Positions 25,001-35,816 of a DNA stretch of 64,000 nucleotides are shown here, in pieces. A program made the position numbers and the translations under genes. The stretch spans positions 4,600,040 to 4,664,039 of the forward strand of contig SMSO01000035.1 in NCBI GenBank assembly GCA_004764695.1. The letters are read 5' to 3'. Under the pieces are notes generated by a model. It saw nothing but the letters and a program-made list of their open reading frames with translations. It did not search any database and was not told the DNA's origin. This DNA is from Schizochytrium sp. TIO01. Its lineage: Eukaryota > Protista > Bigyra: Labyrinthulomycetes. Numbering within the stretch: the stretch's first letter is position 1; each line of letters starts with the position of its first letter.

Positions 25001-25287
25001 GCTTTAGGTCATTGCTTCTGACAGGCCAGTGAGAGTATTTACCATTACTAGCTAATGTCTTTTGACCAGCTCGAACGGTCGTGGACCTTCTCACAGCACG
25101 ATTCCTCACAGACGCGCTCGGCAATCCTTCCTCAAGCTCATCTGTTCGTTCAAGTTGATTGCCATCTCAGCCAGATCCCATCGCAAATCCAACCGGTCAA
25201 TATTAGGTACCTGCCTGCCTACGCTTTTCGAATTGCTCGAGTTTTGGCGAAAGCAAGGCAAACCCTGTGAAGATGCTACGCCGCCCT

Positions 25288-25392
25288 TCTAAAACGGGTT
25301 CTTCTAAAACGGGTTCTTCTAAAACGAGTTCCTCTAAAATGCGTTCCTCTAAAACGAGTTCCTCTAAAACGGGTGGTTCTAAAATGAGTTCT
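25288..25392. repeat. 15-bp tandem repeat (TCTAAAACGRGTTCY) x7
   Basis: Units read directly: tctaaaacgggttct x2, tctaaaacgagttcc, tctaaaatgcgttcc, tctaaaacgagttcc, tctaaaacgggtggt, tctaaaatgagttct. Confidence 0.92.
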
Positions 25393-26339
25393 CCTAATTC
25401 TAATCGCTACCCCGGCATGCACTGCAATCGTCAAGCTTGATACCTACCATACGATTGATCCCCTTCAGACCGAGCGAGCTCTTGCGCCGCAGACTTAATT
25501 GAATGAGTCTCTTCGGCGCCTTCGACGTCATCAAACGGAATCGTCAAATCTGGTTCACGTGCCGCATCCCTGAGCAGTCTATCTCTATATCTCAATCTCT
25601 CAATCTCTCATTGTACGCCACATTTTAAAAAACTGACTTCTGATCCGTGCATTCGCAGCCTTCGACCGACCCATCGCTCACGCGGAAGGAAGGCGCCGCG
25701 GCCCTTCGAGCCGCGTTCGATCTCTGCTTCTTCGCCCAAGCCCAAGTCGCCAAGTCTCGAACTAATCTCAGGTTGAGCTTGAAATTCGCTCATTCATTCA
25801 TTCATTCATTCATCCATTCAATCATTGTCCCATTTTCGTTGTCATTCATTCTCTCTTCAACGTAGTTCTTCTCCAAAATCCGAACCGGCGCCGGTCCGAC
25901 GCTGCAATGGCCCCGGGTCCGCTGGCCGTCGCACCCGCCGCCGCCGCGGCTGGGGCGGGTTCCGGCGGGGGTGCGGCCCGCACGGGACGCGGGGCGGGAA
26001 CCGGCGAGGCGTATCTTGCACCGTCGACGTTGTGCTCCACTTGGACGACGCTGCGGCAGTGCAGATCTCTTCGACGAGGGCGGCGACAGAGGCGGATCTG
26101 GAGGAGGAGGAGGACGAGAACGGCGCGAAGCACGCAGTCTCAGACGACCGCAAGAGAAGAGGATCCTGGTAAGGCGCCCGTAGCGGAGGCGTAGGACTCC
26201 TGGAGGTCTGAGAGAACTGGGACCGCGAGGACTCTGGGGTCTTTGCAGGCTGAGGAGCTGAGCAGAACCGCAACGCAGGGCGGTGATCGAGCAGGAGCAG
26301 GAGCAGGAGCAGCACAAGCAGCACGAGCAGGGAGGAAAC

Positions 26340-26792
26340 ATGGCAGTGACAGGCGACGACCGCGTGGCGGCGACCTCGGTGGCGCTCCTGGCGATCCTTG
26401 ACCTTGGGCTGAAGTGGAAAATGTCGGGCCTGCGCACGTCAGGCGCAGAGGGCGAGGGCGACAAGACGAGCTTTTTTGAGAAGTTGCACAACATTCAGCT
26501 TCTTACGACGGAGCGGGTTCCGACCGCGATGGCACTGATCGCACTCAGCTGGGCGCAGGCCCGCGTGCAAGGCCGCGACCTCTCGATCATTAATAAGCTT
26601 GCCATGATTGTATCCGCTATTTCAGGATTCATCTTTGCAGGACGGGCGTATGACTTTAACGTAAACGCGAATGGGTACAACATGAAGGGTCGCCCCGGTG
26701 ATGGTGTCTTGTCCCCGTGGGGATTGTATGGCACACTTGGAAACTATGGATCCCAGCTCATTCTCGCAATCACCTTGACCCTTCAGCTGTAA
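26340..26792 (+). CDS. Small multi-pass membrane protein, possibly MAPEG-family-like
   Basis: ATG at 26340, 150 aa, about four hydrophobic helices. FEKLHNIQLLTTERVP resembles the MAPEG 'R.h.N..E..P' segment, but the match is weak. Confidence 0.55.
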   Translation: MAVTGDDRVAATSVALLAILDLGLKWKMSGLRTSGAEGEGDKTSFFEKLHNIQLLTTERVPTAMALIALSWAQARVQGRDLSIINKLAMIVSAISGFIFAGRAYDFNVNANGYNMKGRPGDGVLSPWGLYGTLGNYGSQLILAITLTLQL

Positions 26793-27423
26793 TTTCTAAT
26801 TTCCAGACCACCTGTACCCGGGCATCCAGCACTGAGCATTTGTAACAACAGAACAACTCAGAACAGATTTATGGTATCTGGGCATTCATTCTGCCTACCT
26901 ACCATGGTTGTCCTTGGCTTCTACGCAAAAGACGCATCGGCTCAAGAATGGACGTATGTTGCCACGCTCGCAGAAACCTAGTTGCGTTTGAACTTCAATC
27001 TCTCCCCCTCCCCCTCCCCCCCCAAAAAAAAGAAATAAAATAATCATCATCATAATGAACGCCATCGCATTTTGTCTAAATACTATTTCTATTTACTTCT
27101 ATCATCAGTTTACAAATTAACTCCTGTTATTCGCCCACGTCTCTTGCTGACCTGCGCACATGTTCAACTTGACTGCGATTGGACTCGTCAATGCATATTT
27201 AACGACCCCCTCCACAGCTCCTTGTGTGCTCTTCCCTCTATATTCCAAGTAAAACCACACCGCTTGACCTCCTGTCTGCTTGAACAAAGTAACATACGAG
27301 ATGCTCCATGTATGTCCACGTGCACGCAAGGGATTCGGTTGAACCTCTGAGAGAAACATAACATGGTGTTACAAAAGGAAGCCAGTTGACCCGGGATTAG
27401 AATAAACGAAACTTTGTGCAAAT

Positions 27424-28440
27424 TTACTGCTCCTTTTTTATGGTCGGAGCAGGCGCCGAGGGCTTGTGAGCGTACTTCTCCCAGATCTCCATGACAAGAC
27501 CTGCAAAGACAAGAGCCACAGCGAACCACTGTCCATCGTTGAGTCGGTTTTCCGGGTAGAGAAGAACGGAGAGCAAAACAGTGAAAAATTTGCGCGTTGT
27601 TGTGATGGTAGTGGTGGCAAGAGGACCCAGATTCACGACGCTGTAGAAAATGAACTGCTGACCCACCGCGCTGCACGCAGAGAAAGCAAGAAGATCGTAA
27701 ACCACACCCTGGTGGCCTTGCAAGTATGCAATGGCCTCAGTAAACTCCCCAGTCACAAATACCACCGGCACAACGTAGAGAAGAGAGAAAAGATTCATGC
27801 CGGCCATAAGAAAGTGAGACGAAGGCTTGTACTCACGGCTGAAAAGACGTTGTGAGGACCCGGTAATGCCATCCAAGCAGAGCGACCCAAACAGCAAAGC
27901 CAATCCGAAAGCGGAGTTACCTTCAAAGCCAAAACCTTGCTTGCTCTTGGCCATGCGGAAGAGAATCACACCACCAGTGATCATGAACACCATCAAGTAC
28001 TTTTGCCACGAGTAAGACTCACCACCAAGAACTACATTGGCCATCATCACTGGAACCATTTTGCAGCTCTTGGCAAGAGCCTGAAATGGGTAGCTAACGT
28101 ACTCCAACGCCATGTTGCTACACCCCATACCAGCCAAGTAAGACGCAGAAAACAGTCCAAGCCAGATCGTGCCAGAGTGCTTGATCATAAACGGAGATGA
28201 TTCTGCAGTAGCACTCAGTGGCTTTTTATCAGTCATGCGACCGCCACCAACCAAGAAAAGCATGAATGCGCCCAGAACAAAGTTGAAGAGGCATTGCACG
28301 CTAAGCAAAAACAGAGTAAACGTGAAGCGCGAACCGTCAGTTGGGTCAGGCTTGTAAATGCGTTCTTGCAAAACTCCATAGTAAAGATAAACAAAGTAAA
28401 TGCCAAATGTGGCCACCACAAGCTGCACTTCTGCCCTCAT
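27424..28440 (-). CDS. SLC35B1: UAA-family nucleotide-sugar/ATP transporter (SLC35B1/HUT1-like)
   Basis: ATG at 28440. Motifs YGVLQERIY, ALEYVSYPFQALAKSCKMVPVM, SLCLDGITG and TTTRKFFT. Ends in the dilysine ER motif KKEQ. Confidence 0.93.
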   Translation of the reverse strand: MRAEVQLVVATFGIYFVYLYYGVLQERIYKPDPTDGSRFTFTLFLLSVQCLFNFVLGAFMLFLVGGGRMTDKKPLSATAESSPFMIKHSGTIWLGLFSASYLAGMGCSNMALEYVSYPFQALAKSCKMVPVMMANVVLGGESYSWQKYLMVFMITGGVILFRMAKSKQGFGFEGNSAFGLALLFGSLCLDGITGSSQRLFSREYKPSSHFLMAGMNLFSLLYVVPVVFVTGEFTEAIAYLQGHQGVVYDLLAFSACSAVGQQFIFYSVVNLGPLATTTITTTRKFFTVLLSVLLYPENRLNDGQWFAVALVFAGLVMEIWEKYAHKPSAPAPTIKKEQ

Positions 28441-29270
28441 TGTCGCTCGCAACTGTTACTAAAGATATCCCTGTTGTTCTTCCCAAGTCGGTTGCTTTTC
28501 CAAACTGTTGTAGCCCGGAAGGCACTGCAATTGATCAAAGGTTATTTATTATACCCAGTCTTGTCAGGGGCACAGCCTTGCTGTCCGACAACAATGACGT
28601 CGACAATAGTAGCACAAGAGCTAACTACGAGCTCTTTGACACCTCAACGCGACACGATCCGTGTGCCAACCAATGATAACGATCGAAGTTTGCTGAGGCC
28701 AACGTCCAACTTTGCCAGTGCACTGAGCCAACCTGGCTCCTCCCATACTACTTAGGTACTGTGCCTACTAATCTATAGAGTTTTCTTTTATTTGTTCTTC
28801 AGAAATCAGCTAATACAGTAGTAGGATGCCTCGTTAGTTAGTATTGGTTACATTAAAAATAAAATTTGTTTAATATAAATAATGTTTAACTTTTATTTTA
28901 TTTTTTAATTATAGGATATTACTTCATTCCTTTTTCTTTTTTTTTAACTTTTCTTTTTCAAATCAAAATTTATAGAGAGTAGACCTTCATGGGAAAGGAA
29001 AAACAAAGAAAGAGAACAGTGGGTCCTGGACAACCCTTTTTGCCGCAACGCATTTTCACCGGCCTTTCTTCTTCAAGAGAGAGAGGATAATAACGATGCT
29101 CCATCACCAGATCCCGTTGTCACTGCTAGCCGCGCGAGCCCACACCACAACAATCGAGACCCCTGCGAGTCCCAAACACCAAGCTCCGCCATCTGCGTGA
29201 GCAAGCATCCTCGCACAGCGAGCAGGTACACTTCTGCAACGAGGTGACAACGTCCTTAAAGACGATTTCC

Positions 29271-30521
29271 ATGACCAAACTCAAGCACTCGCAAGGTCTA
29301 GGAGCCTTGACTTTGGCGCTTCTGCTCCTTGCAGGTGTCCGGCAGAGCTGTGCATGGTGCGGTCGAAATGATGAAGGTGACTGTTTTATTGCGATTCGTA
29401 CAGGAGGCGAGCCGGAAACTGCTCGCGAACATGCTCGAGGAATCAAATTCGTTCACGAAGATACCGGGGTTGCAGGTCTTGAGGAGACATTTGGATACAT
29501 TGCAGGCGTGCCTAACTTGGGCCAAGACTCTTCAGAGCTGAGATTTGTATTAGGTGAAGTGGCTCAAGCGAGGTTAATGGGCTCGGGAGTGTTTCACGTA
29601 AAGGGAATTGATGTGGGCGGCGATGCATCTACAGACATGCAAAATGACCCAGATCATATTGCACTCAAGGTTACGCGTGGAGGACTTCAGATCACCAATG
29701 AAAAATACCCCAGTGTGATCAAGCTACAAGGGCCAGGCTTAACAAGTGCAAACGTGTCCGTGAGCCAAGACCAGACGGCTGTAGAAACCTCTGGTCGCCT
29801 AGAGCTCCGCGCAGGCAAAGACTCTGTGGTGGATGTCCAAGGCGCGATTTTTCAGGATCAGGGCGAAGTTGAAAAGACTATGATTACTATCGGATCACTG
29901 CTTGCTACCTCCGGAAAGGCTGTGGTAGGAGACTCCTCAACAGCTGCTGAAGCAAGTTCGGTTGAGCTGCAAAACCGAAATGGCCAGAAGTGGACCCTGC
30001 AGAATCACATTAAACGTGGTTTTGAGGTCCTCCACGAAGATCAAAGAATTGTAGGTATTGCCCACAGTGCACCACGCGACTCTCTCACAGTCAGTGAAGA
30101 AGGAAACATGGGTATCGGGACGCGTTGGCCAAGTGTGAAGCTTGATGTAAATGGCGGTGTGCAAGGTACTTCAGCGTATTCTTCAGCATCAGATCGTCGC
30201 TGGAAGCGCGATATTAAGACTCTATCGCGTCTCACAAGTCTCAAGAAAGTCTTGAACCTTCGACCAGTTTCGTTTGAGTTTCAGCATGAAGCGTTTCCTG
30301 AAAAGGCATTTGACCAGGGCCTGCAGATTGGCTTTATTGCACAGGAGGTGGAAGATATTGTTCCTGAGGTTGTTCGCACTGGCGCTGATGGCATGAAGTC
30401 AGTTCAATATGCGTCTCTTGTCCCATTGCTCGTTAATGCTATCCAAGAACTTGAGGCCAAACTCGCATTGTACGAAGAGAAATTGCAACGATCGCTGATT
30501 GCAGATGTTCACCTTAAGTAA
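29271..30521 (+). CDS. Secreted protein with C-terminal peptidase S74 intramolecular chaperone (tail-fibre/endosialidase-type) domain
   Basis: ATG at 29271 with signal peptide. GNMGIGTRWPSVKLDVNG motif, then SDRRWK, LRPVSF, IGFIAQEVEDIVPEVV and VQYASLVPLLVNAIQEL, followed by a coiled coil. Confidence 0.88.
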   Translation: MTKLKHSQGLGALTLALLLLAGVRQSCAWCGRNDEGDCFIAIRTGGEPETAREHARGIKFVHEDTGVAGLEETFGYIAGVPNLGQDSSELRFVLGEVAQARLMGSGVFHVKGIDVGGDASTDMQNDPDHIALKVTRGGLQITNEKYPSVIKLQGPGLTSANVSVSQDQTAVETSGRLELRAGKDSVVDVQGAIFQDQGEVEKTMITIGSLLATSGKAVVGDSSTAAEASSVELQNRNGQKWTLQNHIKRGFEVLHEDQRIVGIAHSAPRDSLTVSEEGNMGIGTRWPSVKLDVNGGVQGTSAYSSASDRRWKRDIKTLSRLTSLKKVLNLRPVSFEFQHEAFPEKAFDQGLQIGFIAQEVEDIVPEVVRTGADGMKSVQYASLVPLLVNAIQELEAKLALYEEKLQRSLIADVHLK

Positions 30522-31322
30522 TTTATAATGTCAAAACAACGGGCTCTAGCTGAAGAAAAGAGAAGAGCCCGCTTTCTCACTCACGTTTAGGTCCAAACTA
30601 TTAGATATATAAGTTGTCTTCCCATCAATCACCAAGAAGCAACAAAACAAAATGCTTAGTAAATCGCATGTGAACCGCTGCGTTTCTCTTCTTAGAATTA
30701 TCCGAGCGGAACTGGGCCCCTTGGCTCTTATCCAAACGCGGGTTTTATGTTGTCCATATTCGTATTTCATGGCGCAATATACCTAGGCTATGGTGGTAAG
30801 AAATCATTAACATTTAATTTTTTTAAAATGGCTTCTCTTTTTATCTGCAATTGTCATCAAGTCCCAGAAAAGTCCAATCATACTCAACGTTTCCTCAGCA
30901 CAAATGTCCATGATATATCAAGCCATTCAGAGTGTCGATTCTGGGTCAATGTAACCATGCCTCAGCTAATCAGTGACCGAAGAAGGAGCGCATTAACATC
31001 TAAAGTCTCGATTTAAATTGAGGTACTATCTTCTTTTTATTTTCTTAGGAATTGAGGAAAGAATTATATCAGAACCAATTGAGGCAGCGATTTGATAATG
31101 TATTGATGCATCGTGGTATGCATATGAAGGATAAAAAACCGAATGAGAGGGGACTTTGAAAAGATCGTTTGGTTCACCTGTAAGAGAAGAACCAGGGACG
31201 AATGGTGATGGTGGTGCATTGGAGGATGCGCCGTCTCTTTTATATGCCAGACAGAAAAGCTTCTGCGTTTTATAATATCAACGACCAGTTCTTTCATTCA
31301 TGTAATCATATTGCAAAGCAAC

Positions 31323-34300
31323 TTATTCAAACTTGTAGGTAGACCAACCCTTAAGACCTTCTGCAAAGCGAGTGCTTTCGTTACCAGCAACAGCTACGCA
31401 GCCCTGGCGACCCTCCGGGCCTTCGCCAAGGAAGAGATCAGGGTTCTCAGCGTACTTACCAAGATGGCGCACAGCTGCGTCCACCAGCTTGGCCTTGTCG
31501 AGCTCAAAGAAGCGAGCACGGTTAGCAAGACGATCTTCCTGAGAGACACCGTGGACAAAAGGTCCAGTACCCTTGGTGCTTACGCTCTGCGGGGCATCAA
31601 GGCTGCCAAAAACGGAAAGAATAGCCTCTTCCACGTCCCTCTGAGTGAACTTGCCTCCATCGCAGAGCCACTGGAGGGCCTCGCCGAACACGCGAAGAGT
31701 ATCGTCAGAGTTCGGGTCATAGTAGGAGTGCATCATGAAGAGACCGCCAAGGTCGTGAGAGGCACCACCGCCATATGCGCCTCCCTGTTCACGAATGCGT
31801 TGGTGCAAGAAGTTAGTGGAGGCGATTTGGGACAGCACCATCATGGCTGCATCATCCTCATGGCCCCAACGAACCTCGGTTGGCAGAGCAGCTGTGCAGT
31901 TGTGAACAGAAATCGAAAGAGGGATGTAAGTGGCATCCATCTTGTTCCTGGCCTCGATGCTTGCAAGGACGCCAGCACCTGCGCCACCGGCAGGCAAGTC
32001 AGCAGTTTCACCATTGTGAACCTTGAGGCGATCCCAGAGCCCAAGCAAGGAAGAGCGAACACCGGCCTCGTCAATTTCGTTACCACCAGCGACAACGTTC
32101 ATGGTGATGGCCTCCTCACGGAAGACAGCGGCCATTAGAGCCTGAAGGCGCTCAGCAGTGCCAGCAGGGTCCTCGACGCAGCGCTTGAGGACGCCAATCT
32201 GAGAAAGTCCAGCTAAAGCCTCACGCTTGGCATGCTCTCCGCCGAGGGAAGCCATCGACCAGCGGCGGGCATAGCCAAGAGCATCGTTGGAAAGGCCGGA
32301 AGTGGCAGAGTTGAGGTTTGTGGCCAAGATACTTTCCACGTGGTGCAAGTTCGAGGAGAAGTTCGAGGAGGTCAGCATCTCGCTCACGAGATCCACAGTG
32401 CGGTCGAGGTTGCGAGCAAGCGTACGGGAAGACACGGACATGCATTCACGGTACTGGGTCAGTCCACTGAAGGAGTCTGCAAGACGGTGGTTGCCGGGAG
32501 CAAGTGGGTTAGACTCGCCACCCTTGCCATACCACGAAAGGACTGAGGCACCAACACCAACACCACCGCAGGTGAGACCAAGGTCGACGTTGAGGTCTTG
32601 ATAAGAGTGCTTCTCAGTGTCGACATTTCCAATAAGAGTTCCAAGGAGCGGGAGAAGGGGCTTCAGATCAGCAGGCACCTGAGAAACATCAAAGAGAGCG
32701 CGAAAGTAAACAACGCCATTGGTCTTTTGGTCTTGGACCCACGAAAAGCGGCGGCCGAGCTCAGTGGAGGCGTCTACGCTGACAAGTTCCTGTGGAATAC
32801 GAGGAATGTCACTCACGGAGAGTGTTGGGAGGCATGATACATCCTGTTCGGTTGCCTGAATCTCCTGAAGCTCCTGTGCGATACGGTCCATGTTTTCCCA
32901 ATCTCCTGGGGAAAGTTTCTTGGCACGCTCTACCAGCTCGTCGCGCTCCTTGTCAGCGAGCTTTTGGGTGTAGTGCTCGTCAGGCTTCATGACAAAGCTC
33001 ATGATGTCATCACGAAGCTTGAGCTCACCAGTGGTCTCGTCAGTAACGAGGAAGAACCTCTTCACGGCGTCCTGCCAAAACTTGGGGTTTTCTTCAATTT
33101 CCTTCTTGAGACGAGCCATCTTGGCATCAACAGTCATACTTTCATTAAGGGATTTCATGAAGTCATGCTCAGAGAAAGGAGCGTGTGCAAAGGCGCTCGA
33201 CACGGCGTACATGATCATGAGACCAAAATTAGTACGTGGCTGCTTCATAGCAAGCTCAGTCTGGTGTTGAATAGCCTCCACTCTGCGCGGGTCAAATCCC
33301 TCGTCAGCAACCTGCACCAGCGTCTTTGTGATGGCATCTCGCACGCGTTCAATGCTCTCAGAATCATCAGAAATGCCTTGCACTCCAATACTCACAAACG
33401 GATGCATCGTAGATCCATCATAGCCAGTTCCCGGTGCATAATCCGGAGCGAGCTGTGAGTCCACAAGTGCCGCATATAGCGGAGCACTAGCGCCATCCAG
33501 CAGAAGCGACGATAGCACTCGTCCTACGAGGTGCTGGTATTCGATGTCATGGCGGTCTTGGTCCAGTGCCCTCACTAGTGAGAACTTGGCCTGGCGGTCA
33601 AGCGGAACCATGACTTCCGAGGGTCCAGTTACCTCCACACTCTTTGGGATTTTCTCTCTGTGCACACGCGAGGTGGCGAGCACTTGCCGCACGTCAAAGG
33701 ACGGCTGGGAGTACTCAAAGCGCTCAAGAGCGTTTTTCTGCACACGCTGGAGGTGCTCCTCGAGAGGGAGGTCACCATAGGAGAAGAAGAGCGCATTGCT
33801 GGGGTGGTAGTGGAGGCGGTGAAAGTTGACCAGGTCCTTGTGGGATAGCTTTGCGATAGCAGAGGGCTCGCCACCGCTTATGTTAGCATAGGTGGTGCCG
33901 GGAAGCGTGGCCTCCTGGAGACGATAGTGAAAGAGAGTGGCGGCGTCGCCAAGAGTACCTTTCATTTCGTTATAGACAATTCCAGTGCGAACAATAGCAT
34001 CGGAGTTGTCGGGATCACGCTCAAGGCGGTGGCCTTCCTGCATGAAGTCCATCTTATCCAGCTTGGGGAAGAGAGTCGCGTCGAGGTAGACATCCATCAG
34101 GTTTGCAAAATCCTGCTCGTTGAGAGTAGCAAAAGGGTACATGGTGTGGTCGCTAGCGGTCATGGCGTTCATGAACGTGTTGAGACTACGCTTAATCATG
34201 TTGAAGAAAGGGTCGCGCACAGGAAAGCGCTCGGAGCCGCACAAAACTGTGTGCTCGAGGATGTGCGGGAGGCCCGTGGAGTCTGTGGCGGGCGTTCGGA

Positions 34301-34559
34301 AAGCCACGCAGAAGACGTTGTTGGTGTCATCACAGTCCACGTGAAGGTATCTAGCTGCAGTAGCCGTGTGCTCGAGGTGGTATGCCACCAGGTCGAACTC
34401 TGGCACCTCTACGACCTGCTTTACTTCAAAGCCATGCTTGCTGCCGCCCTCAACCATCCAGGCAGCCGGTGCCGCGCGATTCGCACCGCGACGCGAGGCT
34501 GCCTTTGCAGCCTCCGCGGCGGCGCTTGCGCCTGAGCTTAGGAACCTACGCCCGGACAT
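31323..34559 (-). CDS. PITRM1: Mitochondrial presequence protease (M16C; PreP/Cym1)
   Basis: ATG at 34559 with Arg/Ala/Ser-rich transit peptide. Motifs HILEHTVLCGS, RDPFF, FMNAMT, FMQEGHR, VYNEMKG and IREQGGAYGG. Confidence 0.96.
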   Translation of the reverse strand: MSGRRFLSSGASAAAEAAKAASRRGANRAAPAAWMVEGGSKHGFEVKQVVEVPEFDLVAYHLEHTATAARYLHVDCDDTNNVFCVAFRTPATDSTGLPHILEHTVLCGSERFPVRDPFFNMIKRSLNTFMNAMTASDHTMYPFATLNEQDFANLMDVYLDATLFPKLDKMDFMQEGHRLERDPDNSDAIVRTGIVYNEMKGTLGDAATLFHYRLQEATLPGTTYANISGGEPSAIAKLSHKDLVNFHRLHYHPSNALFFSYGDLPLEEHLQRVQKNALERFEYSQPSFDVRQVLATSRVHREKIPKSVEVTGPSEVMVPLDRQAKFSLVRALDQDRHDIEYQHLVGRVLSSLLLDGASAPLYAALVDSQLAPDYAPGTGYDGSTMHPFVSIGVQGISDDSESIERVRDAITKTLVQVADEGFDPRRVEAIQHQTELAMKQPRTNFGLMIMYAVSSAFAHAPFSEHDFMKSLNESMTVDAKMARLKKEIEENPKFWQDAVKRFFLVTDETTGELKLRDDIMSFVMKPDEHYTQKLADKERDELVERAKKLSPGDWENMDRIAQELQEIQATEQDVSCLPTLSVSDIPRIPQELVSVDASTELGRRFSWVQDQKTNGVVYFRALFDVSQVPADLKPLLPLLGTLIGNVDTEKHSYQDLNVDLGLTCGGVGVGASVLSWYGKGGESNPLAPGNHRLADSFSGLTQYRECMSVSSRTLARNLDRTVDLVSEMLTSSNFSSNLHHVESILATNLNSATSGLSNDALGYARRWSMASLGGEHAKREALAGLSQIGVLKRCVEDPAGTAERLQALMAAVFREEAITMNVVAGGNEIDEAGVRSSLLGLWDRLKVHNGETADLPAGGAGAGVLASIEARNKMDATYIPLSISVHNCTAALPTEVRWGHEDDAAMMVLSQIASTNFLHQRIREQGGAYGGGASHDLGGLFMMHSYYDPNSDDTLRVFGEALQWLCDGGKFTQRDVEEAILSVFGSLDAPQSVSTKGTGPFVHGVSQEDRLANRARFFELDKAKLVDAAVRHLGKYAENPDLFLGEGPEGRQGCVAVAGNESTRFAEGLKGWSTYKFE

Positions 34560-35816
34560 GTTTACTGCGCTGCGATGCGCGTTCAATCAAGGTCTGCTGC
34601 GCTTCTTCGATTGATCATCCATTTCATTTCACAGCATTTCATTTCATTTCATTTCATTTTTTCATTCGTTCGGATTGATCATGATTTTCCGCACTTGAAA
34701 ACTCTCTCAATCCGAAGATAGAATTCATACAGGTGGACAGGAAATAAGCTGTTTAGAGCATCATCACGCTCGATCGATATCTGTTCATCGCACTGTGAAT
34801 CGAAATTGACGATCTCCCGAAATTATCTTCTTTCCATCAGTATAGCGCTCACTAGGAATGACTTCAAGTAGAGTGCTTTGCTTTTCTTTTCTTTTGAGGG
34901 GCGTTCTTCGCGTTGCTTCTTATATGGAAGATTACAATTTGAACTATAAGTACTCTCTAGTGTAGTAGTAGAGGTACACATATATTGAGGGAAGCCAAGT
35001 AGATGTGACCACTAACAAACCAATACAAGCATCAGGAGACGTGGTCAAGGTATGGGCTAGAGAAGACGAAATTATGAACAAGGAAATGCCACAACCAATA
35101 AACAGCTGCCAGAATATCCTGCGAGTTACAGCAAACTGATTGACCAACATCTGACTGAAATATTTAGTGATCATCCGTTGGATGTAGAAGGAAAGCCAAA
35201 CATGAATTTTTAGAATAACGTGAAAGTAGGCGGTGCTGCACAATTTCAGTACAAAGGGGGAGATACTTTATTCTTTTCTTAAATCTAGTGCATTCAAGTT
35301 GTCAAATGGATGGATTGTTGAAATAAATGAACTCCTTCCTTTTGGTCGTCTTTTGCTCTTCATCTTTTTCTTTACCTCTATACCAGCATGGAACCCATCC
35401 ATTTCATCGTTGTTAAAGTATGATCAATCGCAAGACGTAAAGCTACATCAGTGAGTGAGTTGTCAATCTTGAAGCCTCAGTGAACATAGAATATAATTGA
35501 AAAGAGATATTTTTAAAATGAACTGGGCTCTCTTTTCTATCGTACTACATAATAAACCTGAAATGAAGTATCCAGAAATCTAGGAGGGCAACGTTGAGAG
35601 ACAAACTCTGAACCAGAACAAGACGTGCCTTCAGGACCCGAAGCTTGCGAACGCCACAAGAACGACAGATGCGATCCATGATATGAGGAATTATGAAATC
35701 TCACGAAATCAGAAAAAACGTACAGGTAGGTACTTTTATAGAACTAAATTACTCTAGAGTACTGTGCACAGATCAACAATGTAGAACTCAAACAGGTGAA
35801 TCCAGGCGGTTGGAAA

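Noticed and set aside
25288-25392. Short regular repeats as a CRISPR array
   Set aside because: Units are directly adjacent with no unique spacers, there are no cas genes, and the context is eukaryotic. The same applies to 41761-42062 and 46929-47080.
25802-26494. Overlapping GC-rich ORFs of 95-230 aa upstream of the 26340 gene
   Set aside because: Low-complexity Arg/Pro/Ala translations on both strands, as expected from very high local GC.
29271-30521. Prophage or endogenous virus around the tail-fibre-like gene
   Set aside because: Flanked by ordinary housekeeping genes, with no capsid, polymerase, integrase or terminal repeats visible.
31311-34535. Long plus-strand ORFs (31311..32138, 32964..33458, 33927..34535)
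   Set aside because: Antisense shadows of the presequence protease gene with no motifs. The same applies to shadows over ACBP, Miro, sulfatase, GDH and RPN7.
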